Of a DNA stretch of 64,000 nucleotides, positions 1 to 9,218 are shown piece by piece (position 1 is the stretch's first letter; every line of letters starts with the position of its first letter). This DNA comes from an uncultured Candidatus Rokubacteria bacterium. GTDB taxonomy: Bacteria; Methylomirabilota; Methylomirabilia; Rokubacteriales; CSP1-6. The notes below the pieces were generated by a model that was given only the letters and a program-made list of their open reading frames with translations, was not told the DNA's origin and did not search any database. A program made the position numbers and the translations under genes. Location: positions 640,001 to 704,000 of the forward strand of contig CAVXJS010000021.1 in assembly GCA_963762145.1 (NCBI GenBank). The letters run 5' to 3'.

Positions 1-396
1 CGCCTGCAGGGGTGCACGGAATGGGAGACGTTCGAGGCGAGCCAGGAGGCACGCCTGCTTCCGGGCGGGCTCGGCAACATCGACGATTTCGTCACCGACC
101 ACTGGCCCGGCTTCGTCGGGATGTCCCTGCGCCTGTACAACCGGCGCACCGGCCGGTGGAGCATCTACTGGGCGAGCAACCAGATCGAGGGGCTCGAGCC
201 GCCGGTGGTCGGGTCGTTCGAGAACGGCGTCGGCGTCTTCGAGGGCCGGCAGGAGCTCGAGGGCCGGCCGATCCTGGTCCGGTTCACGTGGTCGGACATC
301 ACGCGGAACGGGGCCCGCTGGGAGCAGGCGTTCTCCCCCGACGACGGCAAGACCTGGGAGAAGAACTGGGTCATGACCATGACCCGCGTGGAGTGA
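1..396 (+). CDS. DUF1579-like protein, 5'-truncated by the window edge
   Basis: Frame 1 is open from base 1 (RLQGCTEWETF...GGLGNIDDF...GMSLRLYN...WSIYW...RWEQAFSPDDGKTWEKNWVM), a motif set typical of this family. Confidence 0.7.
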   Translation, partial: RLQGCTEWETFEASQEARLLPGGLGNIDDFVTDHWPGFVGMSLRLYNRRTGRWSIYWASNQIEGLEPPVVGSFENGVGVFEGRQELEGRPILVRFTWSDITRNGARWEQAFSPDDGKTWEKNWVMTMTRVE

Positions 397-400
397 GCGC

Positions 401-691
401 GTGGAGCTGTTCATCTTCGGACGATTTCACGCGGGGCCCGGGAACGAGCGCGCGCTGGACGAGGCGCTCGGCCAGGTCGTCGGTCCCTCCCGCGCGGAGG
501 CCGGATGCCTGAGCATCCAGGCGTTTCGCTCGACCCGCGACCCGCGCCTCTTCTACATCCACTCGCGCTGGGTGGACGAAGCGGCCTTCGAGCATCACGC
601 GACCCTGCCGCACACGGTACGCTTCATCGAGCGCGCGCAGGCGCTGATCGACCACCCGCTCGATGTGACCCGCGCGCGGCCCGTTGCCTAG
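401..691 (+). CDS. Antibiotic biosynthesis monooxygenase (ABM) / putative quinol monooxygenase
   Basis: 96 aa; SRAEAGCLS...FYIHSRWVDEAAFEHH...PHT pattern of the ABM fold. Confidence 0.85.
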   Translation: MELFIFGRFHAGPGNERALDEALGQVVGPSRAEAGCLSIQAFRSTRDPRLFYIHSRWVDEAAFEHHATLPHTVRFIERAQALIDHPLDVTRARPVA

Positions 692-2315
692 GGCTCGGCG
701 CGGCCCTTCGTGGCGAACTGCCGCTCGTACAGCCCGCGCAGCTCCTCCAGCGTGGTGGCCTGGCCGGGCGCCTTGTCCTCCCGGATGCGCGTGATGCGGG
801 CGAAGCGGAGCGCGAAGCCGGAGGGATAGGTGGGGCTCTTCTGGATCTCGTTGTACTCCACCTCGACCACCACCTCGGGGCGCACCCGCACCGTGTAGCC
901 GTCGTCGGCGGTGGCCAGCGCCCGCAGCCGCTCGGTCATCTCGGTGAACTCGCGATCGGTGAGCCCCTTGAAGGTCTTGCCCACGTCGGCCCAGCTCTCC
1001 CTGTCGCGCACCGCCAGGTGGTAGTTCGAGAGCCAGCCCACGCGACGGCCGGAGCCGCGGTCGGCGGCGACGATCACGCAGTCCACGCTCTGCGCGGCCT
1101 TGAGCTTGAACCACCGCTTGCCGCGGCCGCCCGGCTCGTACGTGCTGCGCGGGTCCTTGGCCATCACGCCCTCGTGGCCGGCGGCCAGGGCGCGGGCCAT
1201 CACCGCCTGGCCCTCCGCCGCGCTCGTGATCATCGCGCGCTCGGCGAGCCAGCGGCCGCCGGTCAGACGCTCGAGGGCCTCCCAGCGCGCGGCGTAGGGC
1301 TCATCGAGCAGCGAGCGGCCGTCGGCCATCAGGCAGTCGAAGAGATGCAGCGTGAGCGGCAGCTCGGCCGCGGCGGCCTCCACGCCCCGCACGCGGCGGA
1401 AGCGGCGCATCAGCTCCTGGAAGGGGAGCGGCCGGCCGCCGGCGTCGAGGGCCACCACCTCGCCGTCCAGGATGAACGGGGCGCCGCCGAGATCGCGCCG
1501 CGCGATGGCCACGATGTCGGGCAGGCTCCGCGTGACGTCGGACATCCGCCGGCTCCAGATCGCCACGCGGTCGCCGTCGCGGTGGAGCTGGATGCGCGCG
1601 CCGTCGTACTTGTACTCGAAGGCCGAGGCCCCGCCGTGGGCGGCCAGCGCCTCGTCCACGTCGCCCGCGATCTCGGCCAGCATCGGCAGCAGCGGCACGA
1701 AGACCCGCGGCGCCGCGGCGGCCAGGGCCTCCGCCCCCTGCCCCAGCGCGAGCGCGGCCACCGTGGTGAGATCGCCGGTCACCAGGGCGGCGCGGCGCAC
1801 CGCCGCCGGCGCGACGCCGGCCGCCTCCGCGATGGCCTCGAGCACGAGCCCTTCCGAGAGGCCCATGCGCATCTCGCCGAAGATCACGCGCTGGAGCAGA
1901 TCACGCTCTTCCGGCGACGCCCGCGCGGCCAGCTCGCCGAGGCGCGCGTCCCGCACCTTCCGCGCGCCCGCCCCGCTCGCCTCCGCCACCGCCCCGAACG
2001 CCTCCGCCACATCCGCCAACCTCAACTCCCCCCTCCCCAACTCCCCCTCTCCCCTCCGGGGAGAGGGCAGGGTGAGGGGCCTGGTGATGAGGGATCTGGT
2101 GGTGAGGGATCTGGTGGTGAGGGCAGCCCCCGCACGTTCAGCACCCGCGGGTCAGACACGGGGAACGCGCGCCCACTCAGATACGTCACGGCCAGCCGCA
2201 GATCCTCGGGCGAGAGCCCGCGCAGGTAGTCGGCAACCAGGCGCCGCTTCTCGAGCCGGCCGGGGCTCGCGGCTACGCGGGCGCGAAGAGCCGTGAGCTC
2301 GGAGAGCAGTGCCAT
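688..2315 (-). CDS. ligB: ATP-dependent DNA ligase (LigB/archaeal-like, with N-terminal DNA-binding domain); one frameshift as assembled, at about 2022-2125
   Basis: Motif I EYKYDG, ILDGEVV, GHEGVMAK, WFKLK, FALRFARITRIREDK in ORF 688-2040. The N-terminus MALLSEL...RLEKRRLVADYL...YLSGRAF lies in a different frame starting at 2315. Confidence 0.9.
2044..2081. repeat. REP-like palindrome (CCCCTCACCCTGCCCTCTCCC-loop-GGGAGAGGG family) inside the ligase gene
   Basis: cccctctcccctccggggagagggcagggtgaggggcc, the exact reverse complement of 2648-2685. Confidence 0.9.
2081..2125. repeat. 3 x 15-bp tandem repeat in the ligase linker
   Basis: ctggtgatgagggat / ctggtggtgagggat / ctggtggtgagggca, encoding PSPPDPSPPDPSSP on the minus strand. 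Confidence 0.85.
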
Positions 2316-2346
2316 GCGCGCATTATCCTCCTCCCCGGCGTGGCCA

Positions 2347-2571
2347 CTAGCCTGGCGAGGGTGGGATGTCTCGCTGGACGTCTCGCTTGTCTGGGTCCTG
2401 CTCGCCCCGTACCGGCGGCATCGGCGCGCGGTGGCGCATGGCGAGATACACGAGGCCGGCGAATCCACATACGAGAGCCACCAGCACGATGCTATCCGCT
2501 GGCCCTGCCCACCAGACCCGGATCGCCACCAGGGCAGTAACGAAGGGGATCAGCCACCATAGATGCTTCAT
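2347..2571 (-). CDS. Small membrane protein, two TM helices, 74 aa
   Basis: Two hydrophobic stretches; AAGGAGG Shine-Dalgarno upstream of the ATG. Confidence 0.7.
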   Translation of the reverse strand: MKHLWWLIPFVTALVAIRVWWAGPADSIVLVALVCGFAGLVYLAMRHRAPMPPVRGEQDPDKRDVQRDIPPSPG

Positions 2572-2647
2572 CCGGGGGCCTCCTTCCTCGCCGACTCGTC
2601 GTACGTGGAGAGGGTAGCGCGACTCCCGGCGCAGGGTCAGTCTCCCC

Positions 2648-2685
2648 GGCCCCTCACCCTGCCCTCTCCCCGGAGGGGAGAGGGG
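2648..2685. repeat. REP-like palindrome
   Basis: ggcccctcaccctgccctctccccggaggggagagggg, directly after the stop of the anion transporter. Confidence 0.9.
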
Positions 2686-2686
2686 T

Positions 2687-3925
2687 TCAGGCGGGGAGGA
2701 GGACGAGGAGAAGCCAGCCCACCAGGAGGGTCAGCACGGTGATCGGCACGCCGACCTTGCTGTACTCGAGGAACCCGACCGGGATGCCCGCGCCGCGCGC
2801 CTGCTCCACCACGATCAGGTTGGCCACCGAGCCCAGGATCGTGAGGTTGCCCGCGAGGGTCGAGGCCATCGCGAGCAGCAGCCAGGCCCGGACCGGCTCG
2901 CCGAAGGTCGGGATCACGCTCTTGAAGAGCAGCACCGCCGGGACGTTGGAGACCAGGTTCGAGAGCAGCGCGGTGACCACCGTGAGCACGAGCGGCCGGT
3001 GCAGCCCGGCCGCGGAGGCCCAGCCGAGCGCCTCGGCGGCCAGGCCCGTCTCCTCCACCGCGCCGATCACCACGAAGAGGCCGGTGAACAGCACGAGCAG
3101 CCCCCAGTCGATCTCGCGGTAGACCTTCTCCGGGTTCACCCGCCGCGTGAGCAGCGTGCAGGCGGCGCCGCCGATGGCCACCACCGCGATCGGCACCCCG
3201 GCCAGGAACGCCACCAGCATGATCGCCACCGCGATGATGGTCTTGATCATCAGGGGGTAGTGCACCGCGAAGCGGTCCTCGAGGTCCGCGGCGGGCAGCG
3301 CCTCCGGGAGCTGGCGGCGGTACACGAGCCAGATCACGCCGAACACCAGCGCGAGCCCGATGACCGCGACGGGCGCCTCGCGCAGCAGGAAGGCGCGGTA
3401 GCTGATCCCGGAGAAGCTGCCCACCAGCATGTTCTGCGGATTGCCGGTGAGGGTGGCCACGCTGCCCACGTTGGCCGCGGTGGCGAGGGCGATCAGGTAC
3501 GGCACCGGCGGCAGGCGGAGCTGGCGGGCCAGGTCCAGCACGATCGGCGCCATCACCAGGCACACCACGTCGTTGACGAAGAGCGCGGAGAGCAGGCCCG
3601 CCGCGACGATGATCAGGGCCAGCAGCCCGACCGGCGTGTGGGCCCGCCGCACCGCCGCGTAGGTCACGAGCCGGAAGAAGCCGGACAGACGCAGGTAGGC
3701 GGCCACGATCATCATGCCGAAGAGGAGCACCAGGGTGTGGGCGTCCACCGCGGCCACCGCGCGCTCCCACGGCAGGACCCCGGTCACCACGACGAGCGCG
3801 CCGCCGATGATGGCGACGCCGGTGCGGTCCACGCGGAAGAGCGGCAGGCGGCCGAGGGCCAGGCCCAGATAGGTGCCGACGAGCGCGACCAGCGCGATCA
3901 GCCGCTCGAGGTACAGCTCAGCCAT
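2687..3925 (-). CDS. ArsB/NhaD (ion transporter superfamily) anion permease, YbiR-like
   Basis: Polytopic membrane protein with LSALFVND, ANVGSVATLTGNPQN, SNLVSNVPA and STLAGNLTILGSVANLIV motifs. Confidence 0.88.
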   Translation of the reverse strand: MAELYLERLIALVALVGTYLGLALGRLPLFRVDRTGVAIIGGALVVVTGVLPWERAVAAVDAHTLVLLFGMMIVAAYLRLSGFFRLVTYAAVRRAHTPVGLLALIIVAAGLLSALFVNDVVCLVMAPIVLDLARQLRLPPVPYLIALATAANVGSVATLTGNPQNMLVGSFSGISYRAFLLREAPVAVIGLALVFGVIWLVYRRQLPEALPAADLEDRFAVHYPLMIKTIIAVAIMLVAFLAGVPIAVVAIGGAACTLLTRRVNPEKVYREIDWGLLVLFTGLFVVIGAVEETGLAAEALGWASAAGLHRPLVLTVVTALLSNLVSNVPAVLLFKSVIPTFGEPVRAWLLLAMASTLAGNLTILGSVANLIVVEQARGAGIPVGFLEYSKVGVPITVLTLLVGWLLLVLLPA

Positions 3926-3946
3926 CTCGGGCTCGCCCGCGGGGCG

Positions 3947-5566
3947 TCAGTAGCCGATCGCGGCGCCGTCGCTCCGCGGGTCGGCTCCGCCCACGCGCGC
4001 GCCGGTTTCGGGATCGATCGTGATGCCGTGGGCGTGCCCCGCGAGCTCGTTCCACGCCTCCCAGCGATTGACCTCGTGGCCCCGCCGCGCCAGCTCCGCG
4101 ATGGTGGCGGGCGCGAACCGGCCCTCCAGGTTCAGCACCTCGCGCGCGTCCCCCAGGGCGAAGCGCCCGGCGAGCCAGCGCGGCGCCTCGACGGCCTGCT
4201 GGATGTCGAGCCCGAAATCGATCAGCCCGGTATACACCTGCAGGTGGATCTGCGGCTGGCCGTCGGCGCCCATGCAGCCCACGACCTGCCAGAGGCGCCC
4301 GTCCTTGAAGGCCAGCGACGCGATCAGCGTGTGCAGCGGCCGCTTGCCGGGCTCGAGGCGGTTGGGATGCGCGGGATCGAGCGAGAAGTAGGCGCCGCGG
4401 TTCTGGAGCACGACGCCGGTGCGGCCCGCCACCACGCCCGAGCCGAAGCCGAAGTAGAGGCTCTGGATCAGGGAGACCGCGTTGCCCGCGGCATCGACGG
4501 CCGCCACGTAGACCGTGTCGCCGGTCAGCGTGCCGCTCGACGGGACGCGATCCCAGGGCAGCGCGCGCTCGGCGTCCATGAGCGCCCGGCGCTCGTCCGC
4601 GTACGCGCGCGACAGCAGGCGCTCGACGGGCACCGGCGCGAACTCGGGATCGGCCACGAGCCGGTCCCGGTCGTGGAAGGCGATCTGCTTGGCCTGGACC
4701 AGCAGGTGCACGTGATCCGGCCCCAGGAACGGCAGCGCGCCGATGTCCCACGGCTCGACCAGCCGGAGCGCTTGCAACACCGACACACCCTGGCTCGGCG
4801 GGGGCGTCTCGTGGATGGTGACGCCGCGATAGGCGGCGTGGATGGAGTCGCCCCACTTCGCGTGCTGCGCCGCGAAGTCGCGCTCGGTGTAGAAGCCGCC
4901 GTGCTCGCGCGCGTGCCGCGCCATCTCGCGCGCGGTCTCCCCCTCGTAGAAGCCGGCCCGCCCCGCGGCCGCGCGCTCGAGCGTGCGCGCCAGATCCGGA
5001 TTGGTGAGCCGGCGGCCCACCGCCGGCCTCGGCCCGCCCGCGAGGAAGATGCGCGCCGCCGCCGGATCCGCCGCGAGCACGCCGGCCGAGCGCTCGATCC
5101 ACTCCGCGAGCCGCCGCGTGACCGGGAAGCCGTCGCGCGCGTAGCCGACGGCGGCGGCCAGGTCGGTGGCGAGCGGGAGCCGGCCGTAGGCCGCGTGCGC
5201 CTGGTACCAGCCGTCCACCGCGCCGGGCACGGTGAGCGTGGCGGGCACGATCCCGCGCACCGGGATCTCGCGGAGCCCGCGCGCCGCGAACCAGTCCCCG
5301 GTCGCGGCGGCCGCCGCGCGCCCCGCCGCCTCCAGCGAGCGCACCGCGCCGGTGCCCGCGTCGTGGATCAGCCAGAAGGCGTCGCCGCCGAGGCTCGTCA
5401 TGTGCGGGTAGATGACGGAGAGGACGGCGGCGGCCGCGATCGCGGCATCCACCGCGGAGCCGCCGGCCTGCAGGATCGCGACCCCCGCCTGGGAGGCGAG
5501 CGTGTGCGGCGAGGTGACCATGCCGCGGTACGCGAGCGTGGCCGGGCGACCGCTGTCCACGATCAA
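3947..5566 (-). CDS. ggt: Gamma-glutamyltransferase (Ntn hydrolase)
   Basis: GGSAVDAAIAAAAVLSV, LGGDAF, TVPGAVDGW, nucleophile segment GDTVYVAAVD, PGKRPLHTL, GADPRSDG. Start taken as TTG overlapping the upstream stop (alternative GTG at 5560). Confidence 0.93.
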   Translation of the reverse strand: MIVDSGRPATLAYRGMVTSPHTLASQAGVAILQAGGSAVDAAIAAAAVLSVIYPHMTSLGGDAFWLIHDAGTGAVRSLEAAGRAAAAATGDWFAARGLREIPVRGIVPATLTVPGAVDGWYQAHAAYGRLPLATDLAAAVGYARDGFPVTRRLAEWIERSAGVLAADPAAARIFLAGGPRPAVGRRLTNPDLARTLERAAAGRAGFYEGETAREMARHAREHGGFYTERDFAAQHAKWGDSIHAAYRGVTIHETPPPSQGVSVLQALRLVEPWDIGALPFLGPDHVHLLVQAKQIAFHDRDRLVADPEFAPVPVERLLSRAYADERRALMDAERALPWDRVPSSGTLTGDTVYVAAVDAAGNAVSLIQSLYFGFGSGVVAGRTGVVLQNRGAYFSLDPAHPNRLEPGKRPLHTLIASLAFKDGRLWQVVGCMGADGQPQIHLQVYTGLIDFGLDIQQAVEAPRWLAGRFALGDAREVLNLEGRFAPATIAELARRGHEVNRWEAWNELAGHAHGITIDPETGARVGGADPRSDGAAIGY

Positions 5567-6021
5567 CTGAGCGGACGCTCCATCCAGACGTCGGCCCGAG
5601 GATTGCGGTTGTAGTCCGGAATCTCCTCGAACCCGTAGCGGCGATAGAGCTTCACCGCCACCGCCAGCCGGTCGCGCTCGCTGTCCAGCCGCAGCACGCG
5701 GCCGCCCAGCGCCCGCGCCTCGTCGAGGCAGCGGTCCATCAAGCGCGGCGCCAGCCCGCGCCCGCGGCAGTCCGGGCGCAGCCACATGCGCTTGAGCTCG
5801 GCCACGCCCGGCGCGAGCCGCCGCACCGCCGCGGTGCCCACTACCTCGCCCGCGGGGTCCACGACGACCAGCATCACGCCCGCGACGCCGTCGTACTCGC
5901 CCTGCCAGTCCGCCACGTCGTGGTCGAGCCCGTCGGGGTCCACGTCCTCGCCGAGGAAGGCGAAGTAGGCGGCGAGCTCGCGCACCACGCCCTCGTGATC
6001 GGCCGGGCCCGCGCGGCGCAC
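5563..6021 (-). CDS. GNAT family N-acetyltransferase
   Basis: AELKRMWLRPDCRGRGLA...AVKLYRRYGFEEIPDY; start uncertain. Confidence 0.85.
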   Translation of the reverse strand: MRRAGPADHEGVVRELAAYFAFLGEDVDPDGLDHDVADWQGEYDGVAGVMLVVVDPAGEVVGTAAVRRLAPGVAELKRMWLRPDCRGRGLAPRLMDRCLDEARALGGRVLRLDSERDRLAVAVKLYRRYGFEEIPDYNRNPRADVWMERPLS

Positions 6022-6053
6022 CTGGTAGTCGCCCGCGGGCGCGGCCGGGAGGG

Positions 6054-6662
6054 CTATCGCTTGCGGGCATGGGAGGCGAGGCCGCGCTCCCAGAGGTACT
6101 CGGTCTCGCCCAGATGCTTGCCGACCCAGCGCGAGAGCACGAAGAACAGGTCGCTCAGCCGGTTCACGTACTTGAGCGGCCACTCGCCGATGTCCTCCGT
6201 CCGCGAGAGCGCGAGCACGCCGCGCTCGGCGCGTCGGCACACCGTGCGGGCCTGGTGGAGGAAGCCGCCCACCGGCCCGCCGCCCGGCAGCACGAAGGAC
6301 TTGAGCGGGGCGAGGTCCTTCTGGCACTCGTCCATCAGCTTCTCGAGCGCGGTGACCTCGGCGGCGCCCACGCGAAACATGCCCTCGTAGAACGACTCGC
6401 GCGGGGTGGCGAGCTCGCTGCCCAGATCGAACAGCTCGTTCTGGATCCGGCGCAGGATCTCGTCGAGCCGACGATAGTTCTTGCCGCGCTTGAGCCGGGG
6501 CGCGTTGAAGGCCCGCGCGAGACCGACGATCGAGTTCAGCTCGTCGATGGTGCCGTAGGCCTCGATGCGCGGCGAGTCCTTGGGCACGCGGCGCCCGCCG
6601 ACGAGCGCGGTCGCGCCGTCGTCGCCGGCGCGCGTGTAGACACGGTTGATGCGGACGGGCAT
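6054..6662 (-). CDS. pduO: PduO-type ATP:cob(I)alamin adenosyltransferase
   Basis: VYTRAGDDGAT, RIEAYGTIDELNS, FVLPGG, ARTVCRRAER, YVNRLSDLFFVLSR. Confidence 0.93.
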   Translation of the reverse strand: MPVRINRVYTRAGDDGATALVGGRRVPKDSPRIEAYGTIDELNSIVGLARAFNAPRLKRGKNYRRLDEILRRIQNELFDLGSELATPRESFYEGMFRVGAAEVTALEKLMDECQKDLAPLKSFVLPGGGPVGGFLHQARTVCRRAERGVLALSRTEDIGEWPLKYVNRLSDLFFVLSRWVGKHLGETEYLWERGLASHARKR

Positions 6663-6709
6663 GACGGCTCCTCCCGCGCCGAGGCTAGCACAGGTGCTAG
6701 ACTCTGACC

Positions 6710-7150
6710 ATGAGCGACTGGCGCGCGAACCTCGTCACCACCCCCGACGACGTCGCGCAAATCGTCCGCGAGAACACGCGCATCGCGGTGCTGGGGATCA
6801 AGACCGAGGCGCAGCGCGATCAGCCCGCGTTCTACGTGCCCGAGTACATGGCGCGCGCCGGCTACGACATCGTGCCGGTGCCGGTCTACTACCCGGAGGC
6901 GACCGAGATCCTCGGCCGCCCGGTCTTCCGCACCGTGAGCGCGGTGCCCGCCCCGGTGCAGATGGTCAACGTGTTCCGGCGGCCGCGCGACATTCCTCCC
7001 CACGTGCAGGACATCCTGGCCGCGCGGCCCCGCGTGGTCTGGCTCCAGCTCGGCATCCGCCACGACGAGGCCGCCGAGACCTGGGCGAAGGCGGGCATCC
7101 AGGTCGTGCAGGACCGCTGCCTGCTGGTGGAGCACCGCCGCCTGCGGTAG
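6710..7150 (+). CDS. CoA-binding protein (YccU-like)
   Basis: RIAVLG...PAFYVPEYM...VNVFRR...VWLQLGI...VVQDRC. Confidence 0.9.
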   Translation: MSDWRANLVTTPDDVAQIVRENTRIAVLGIKTEAQRDQPAFYVPEYMARAGYDIVPVPVYYPEATEILGRPVFRTVSAVPAPVQMVNVFRRPRDIPPHVQDILAARPRVVWLQLGIRHDEAAETWAKAGIQVVQDRCLLVEHRRLR

Positions 7151-7153
7151 GCG

Positions 7154-9217
7154 TCAGCGCGCGCTGAGGGCCGCGAGCGCGCGCGTCACTTCCTGGCGCT
7201 CCGCCTCGCTGAGCGCGGCGTCGCCGAAGCGGGCGCGCTCGTAGTAGCCGGTGAGGCGCTCGAAGGCGGCCGCGCGGTCCGGCGCGCGCTCCTCCACGCG
7301 CGCGGCGAACTGCCGCGCGGTCTCCGCGGCGTCGGGAGCCAGCCCGCGGCGGGCCAGGAGCCGGAGCGCGCGCTCGTAGAACGCGGGCATCCGGGCCGCC
7401 GGCCCGCGCCGCGGCACGACGTGCCCGTAGTGCCGCAGCCCCCACAGCAGCGCCACCAGCACCGCGAGGCCCGCGCCGGTCAGCAGCGGGGGGCTCACGC
7501 GCCAGTCGCGCGGCCACCGGAGCGCCACGCGCGCGTCCGCGGCCTGGCGATGGACGGAGGCGGCGAGCTGCACCTGGTCGCGCAGGCTCCAGTTGACCAC
7601 GTAGCGATACCAGCGCATGCGGGCGGCGTCGAAGTAGAGCGACACGCGGCCGGGGATCTCTTCCGCCGTCGCCTCCGCGCGCGGGGACGGATCGAAGGCC
7701 ACCCAGCCCCGCCCCTCGAGGTAGACCTCGACCCAGGCGTGGGCGTCGCTCAGGCGCACCATGAAGTAGCGCCCGTACGGGTTCCACTCGCCCTGCTGGA
7801 AGCCCGCCACCACCCGGGCCGGAACGCCGATGCTCCGCAGCATCACCGCCATCGCGGCCGCGAAGTACTCGCAGTTGCCCGAGCGGCGCACGAAGAGGAA
7901 CTCCTCGAGGGGGGCCAGCGTGGTCGGGGTCTGCCGCTTGAGCGCGAGGGTGTAGCGATAGTGGGTGCTCAGATACTCGCTGAGCCGGCCGGCCGCCGTC
8001 TCCGCGTCGGCGCTGCCCGCGGTCACCTCCCGGGCGAGGCGCTCGATCTCGGGCGCCAGGGGCGGCAGCTGCACGAACCGCGCGCGATCCTCGGCGGACA
8101 GGGCGGGCCACAAGCGGCGGCTGATCCCGAGGGGCCGGCCGGGGGTGTCGATCTCGGAGTCGACGACGTAGTGCAGGCGCGCGCTCGGGCTCGACACCGT
8201 GAGGCCGTCCATGTCGTCCACCACCAGGGAGGGCGAGCGGAGCTCGATCCGCATCGCGCGCGGCGCCGCGAACACCGCGTCGCTCCCGATCGGCTCGAGG
8301 TAGATCTCCTGGCGCACCATCGGCCCCGTTGCGCGGGGCAGCCCGAGCCCGAAGTCGCCGGTGATCGCGCGCTGCAGGTACCGCCGGGGCGCCGACACGC
8401 TCGACCACGTCCGCCCGTCGAACTGGTCGAACGCCACGCCGCGCCAGCGCAGCGTGGGCAGGGTGTCCGGCGAGAGCCGCTCGTCCGCCAGGTAGACGCG
8501 CATGACCACGGAGCGGTCGCTCTCGATGTCGCCGAAGCTGCCCAGGTCCACCCGGTCCGAGAACCCGGTCACCATGCGCCCGATGGACGCCCGGAGCGGC
8601 AGCGCGGCCTGCCCCACCCGCGGGATCACGAAGAAGAGGCCGGCCGCGAGCGTGAAGGTGATGACGGCGGCGGCCAGGCCCACCCGGGTGAGCGGCCCGC
8701 GGAAGAAGACCCGCCGCGCGGTGGTGGTGGCGTGGCCGGGGCGACCCGCCAGCTCCAGCTCGGTCACCACGTGGTGGAGAATCAGCATCCAGGTGCCGAG
8801 CAGGAAGTAGACGACGAACACGAACAGGAAGCTCAGGTTGAAGCTGATCGAGGCGGCGGCCACCAGCATGAAGAAGGACAGCAGCCCCGCGTCGCGCAGG
8901 TCTCGCAGGCCGCGGCGCGCGAAGAGCCGCAGCAGGATCAGGAACAGCAGCAGGTGCACCATGCCGTCGAGCAGCGAGTAGGCCAGGTAGAAGAGATCCA
9001 CCGCGATGGCCACCGCGGCGGTGGCCACCAGGCTCCAGCCGAGCGCGGGCCGCACCGCGCCGCGCTCGCGCGCCTGCTCGTGGCCCCAGCTCACCAGGAT
9101 CGCCAGCACCACCAGCGCGGCCCCCGGCGCGCCGATCAGGTTGGCGAGATAGAGCGCGGCCACGCCCGCGCACACCATCAGATACGTGACGAGGCGGAGG
9201 GCGAGGAGGGCCGACAT
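7154..9217 (-). CDS. DUF3488/transglutaminase-like membrane protein (TgpA-like)
   Basis: N-terminal TM helices; RWRGVAFDQFDG; catalytic GNCEYFA, HAWVEVY, FDPSP; C-terminal DUF4129-like YERARFG. Confidence 0.9.
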   Translation of the reverse strand: MSALLALRLVTYLMVCAGVAALYLANLIGAPGAALVVLAILVSWGHEQARERGAVRPALGWSLVATAAVAIAVDLFYLAYSLLDGMVHLLLFLILLRLFARRGLRDLRDAGLLSFFMLVAAASISFNLSFLFVFVVYFLLGTWMLILHHVVTELELAGRPGHATTTARRVFFRGPLTRVGLAAAVITFTLAAGLFFVIPRVGQAALPLRASIGRMVTGFSDRVDLGSFGDIESDRSVVMRVYLADERLSPDTLPTLRWRGVAFDQFDGRTWSSVSAPRRYLQRAITGDFGLGLPRATGPMVRQEIYLEPIGSDAVFAAPRAMRIELRSPSLVVDDMDGLTVSSPSARLHYVVDSEIDTPGRPLGISRRLWPALSAEDRARFVQLPPLAPEIERLAREVTAGSADAETAAGRLSEYLSTHYRYTLALKRQTPTTLAPLEEFLFVRRSGNCEYFAAAMAVMLRSIGVPARVVAGFQQGEWNPYGRYFMVRLSDAHAWVEVYLEGRGWVAFDPSPRAEATAEEIPGRVSLYFDAARMRWYRYVVNWSLRDQVQLAASVHRQAADARVALRWPRDWRVSPPLLTGAGLAVLVALLWGLRHYGHVVPRRGPAARMPAFYERALRLLARRGLAPDAAETARQFAARVEERAPDRAAAFERLTGYYERARFGDAALSEAERQEVTRALAALSAR

Positions 9218-9218
9218 G

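Noticed and set aside
2081-2125. Short tandem repeats as a CRISPR array
   Set aside because: Units are 15 bp with no unique spacers, and there are no cas genes; no repeat-spacer array was seen anywhere in the window.
2687-3925. ArsB-like transporter as part of the putative arsenic operon
   Set aside because: It lies 12 kb away in a different unit, and this YbiR-like family has broad anion specificity; no ars regulator or reductase is nearby.
6663-6709. Cobalamin riboswitch upstream of the adenosyltransferase
   Set aside because: The 47-bp gap is too short; its dyad is explained by back-to-back extended -10 elements.
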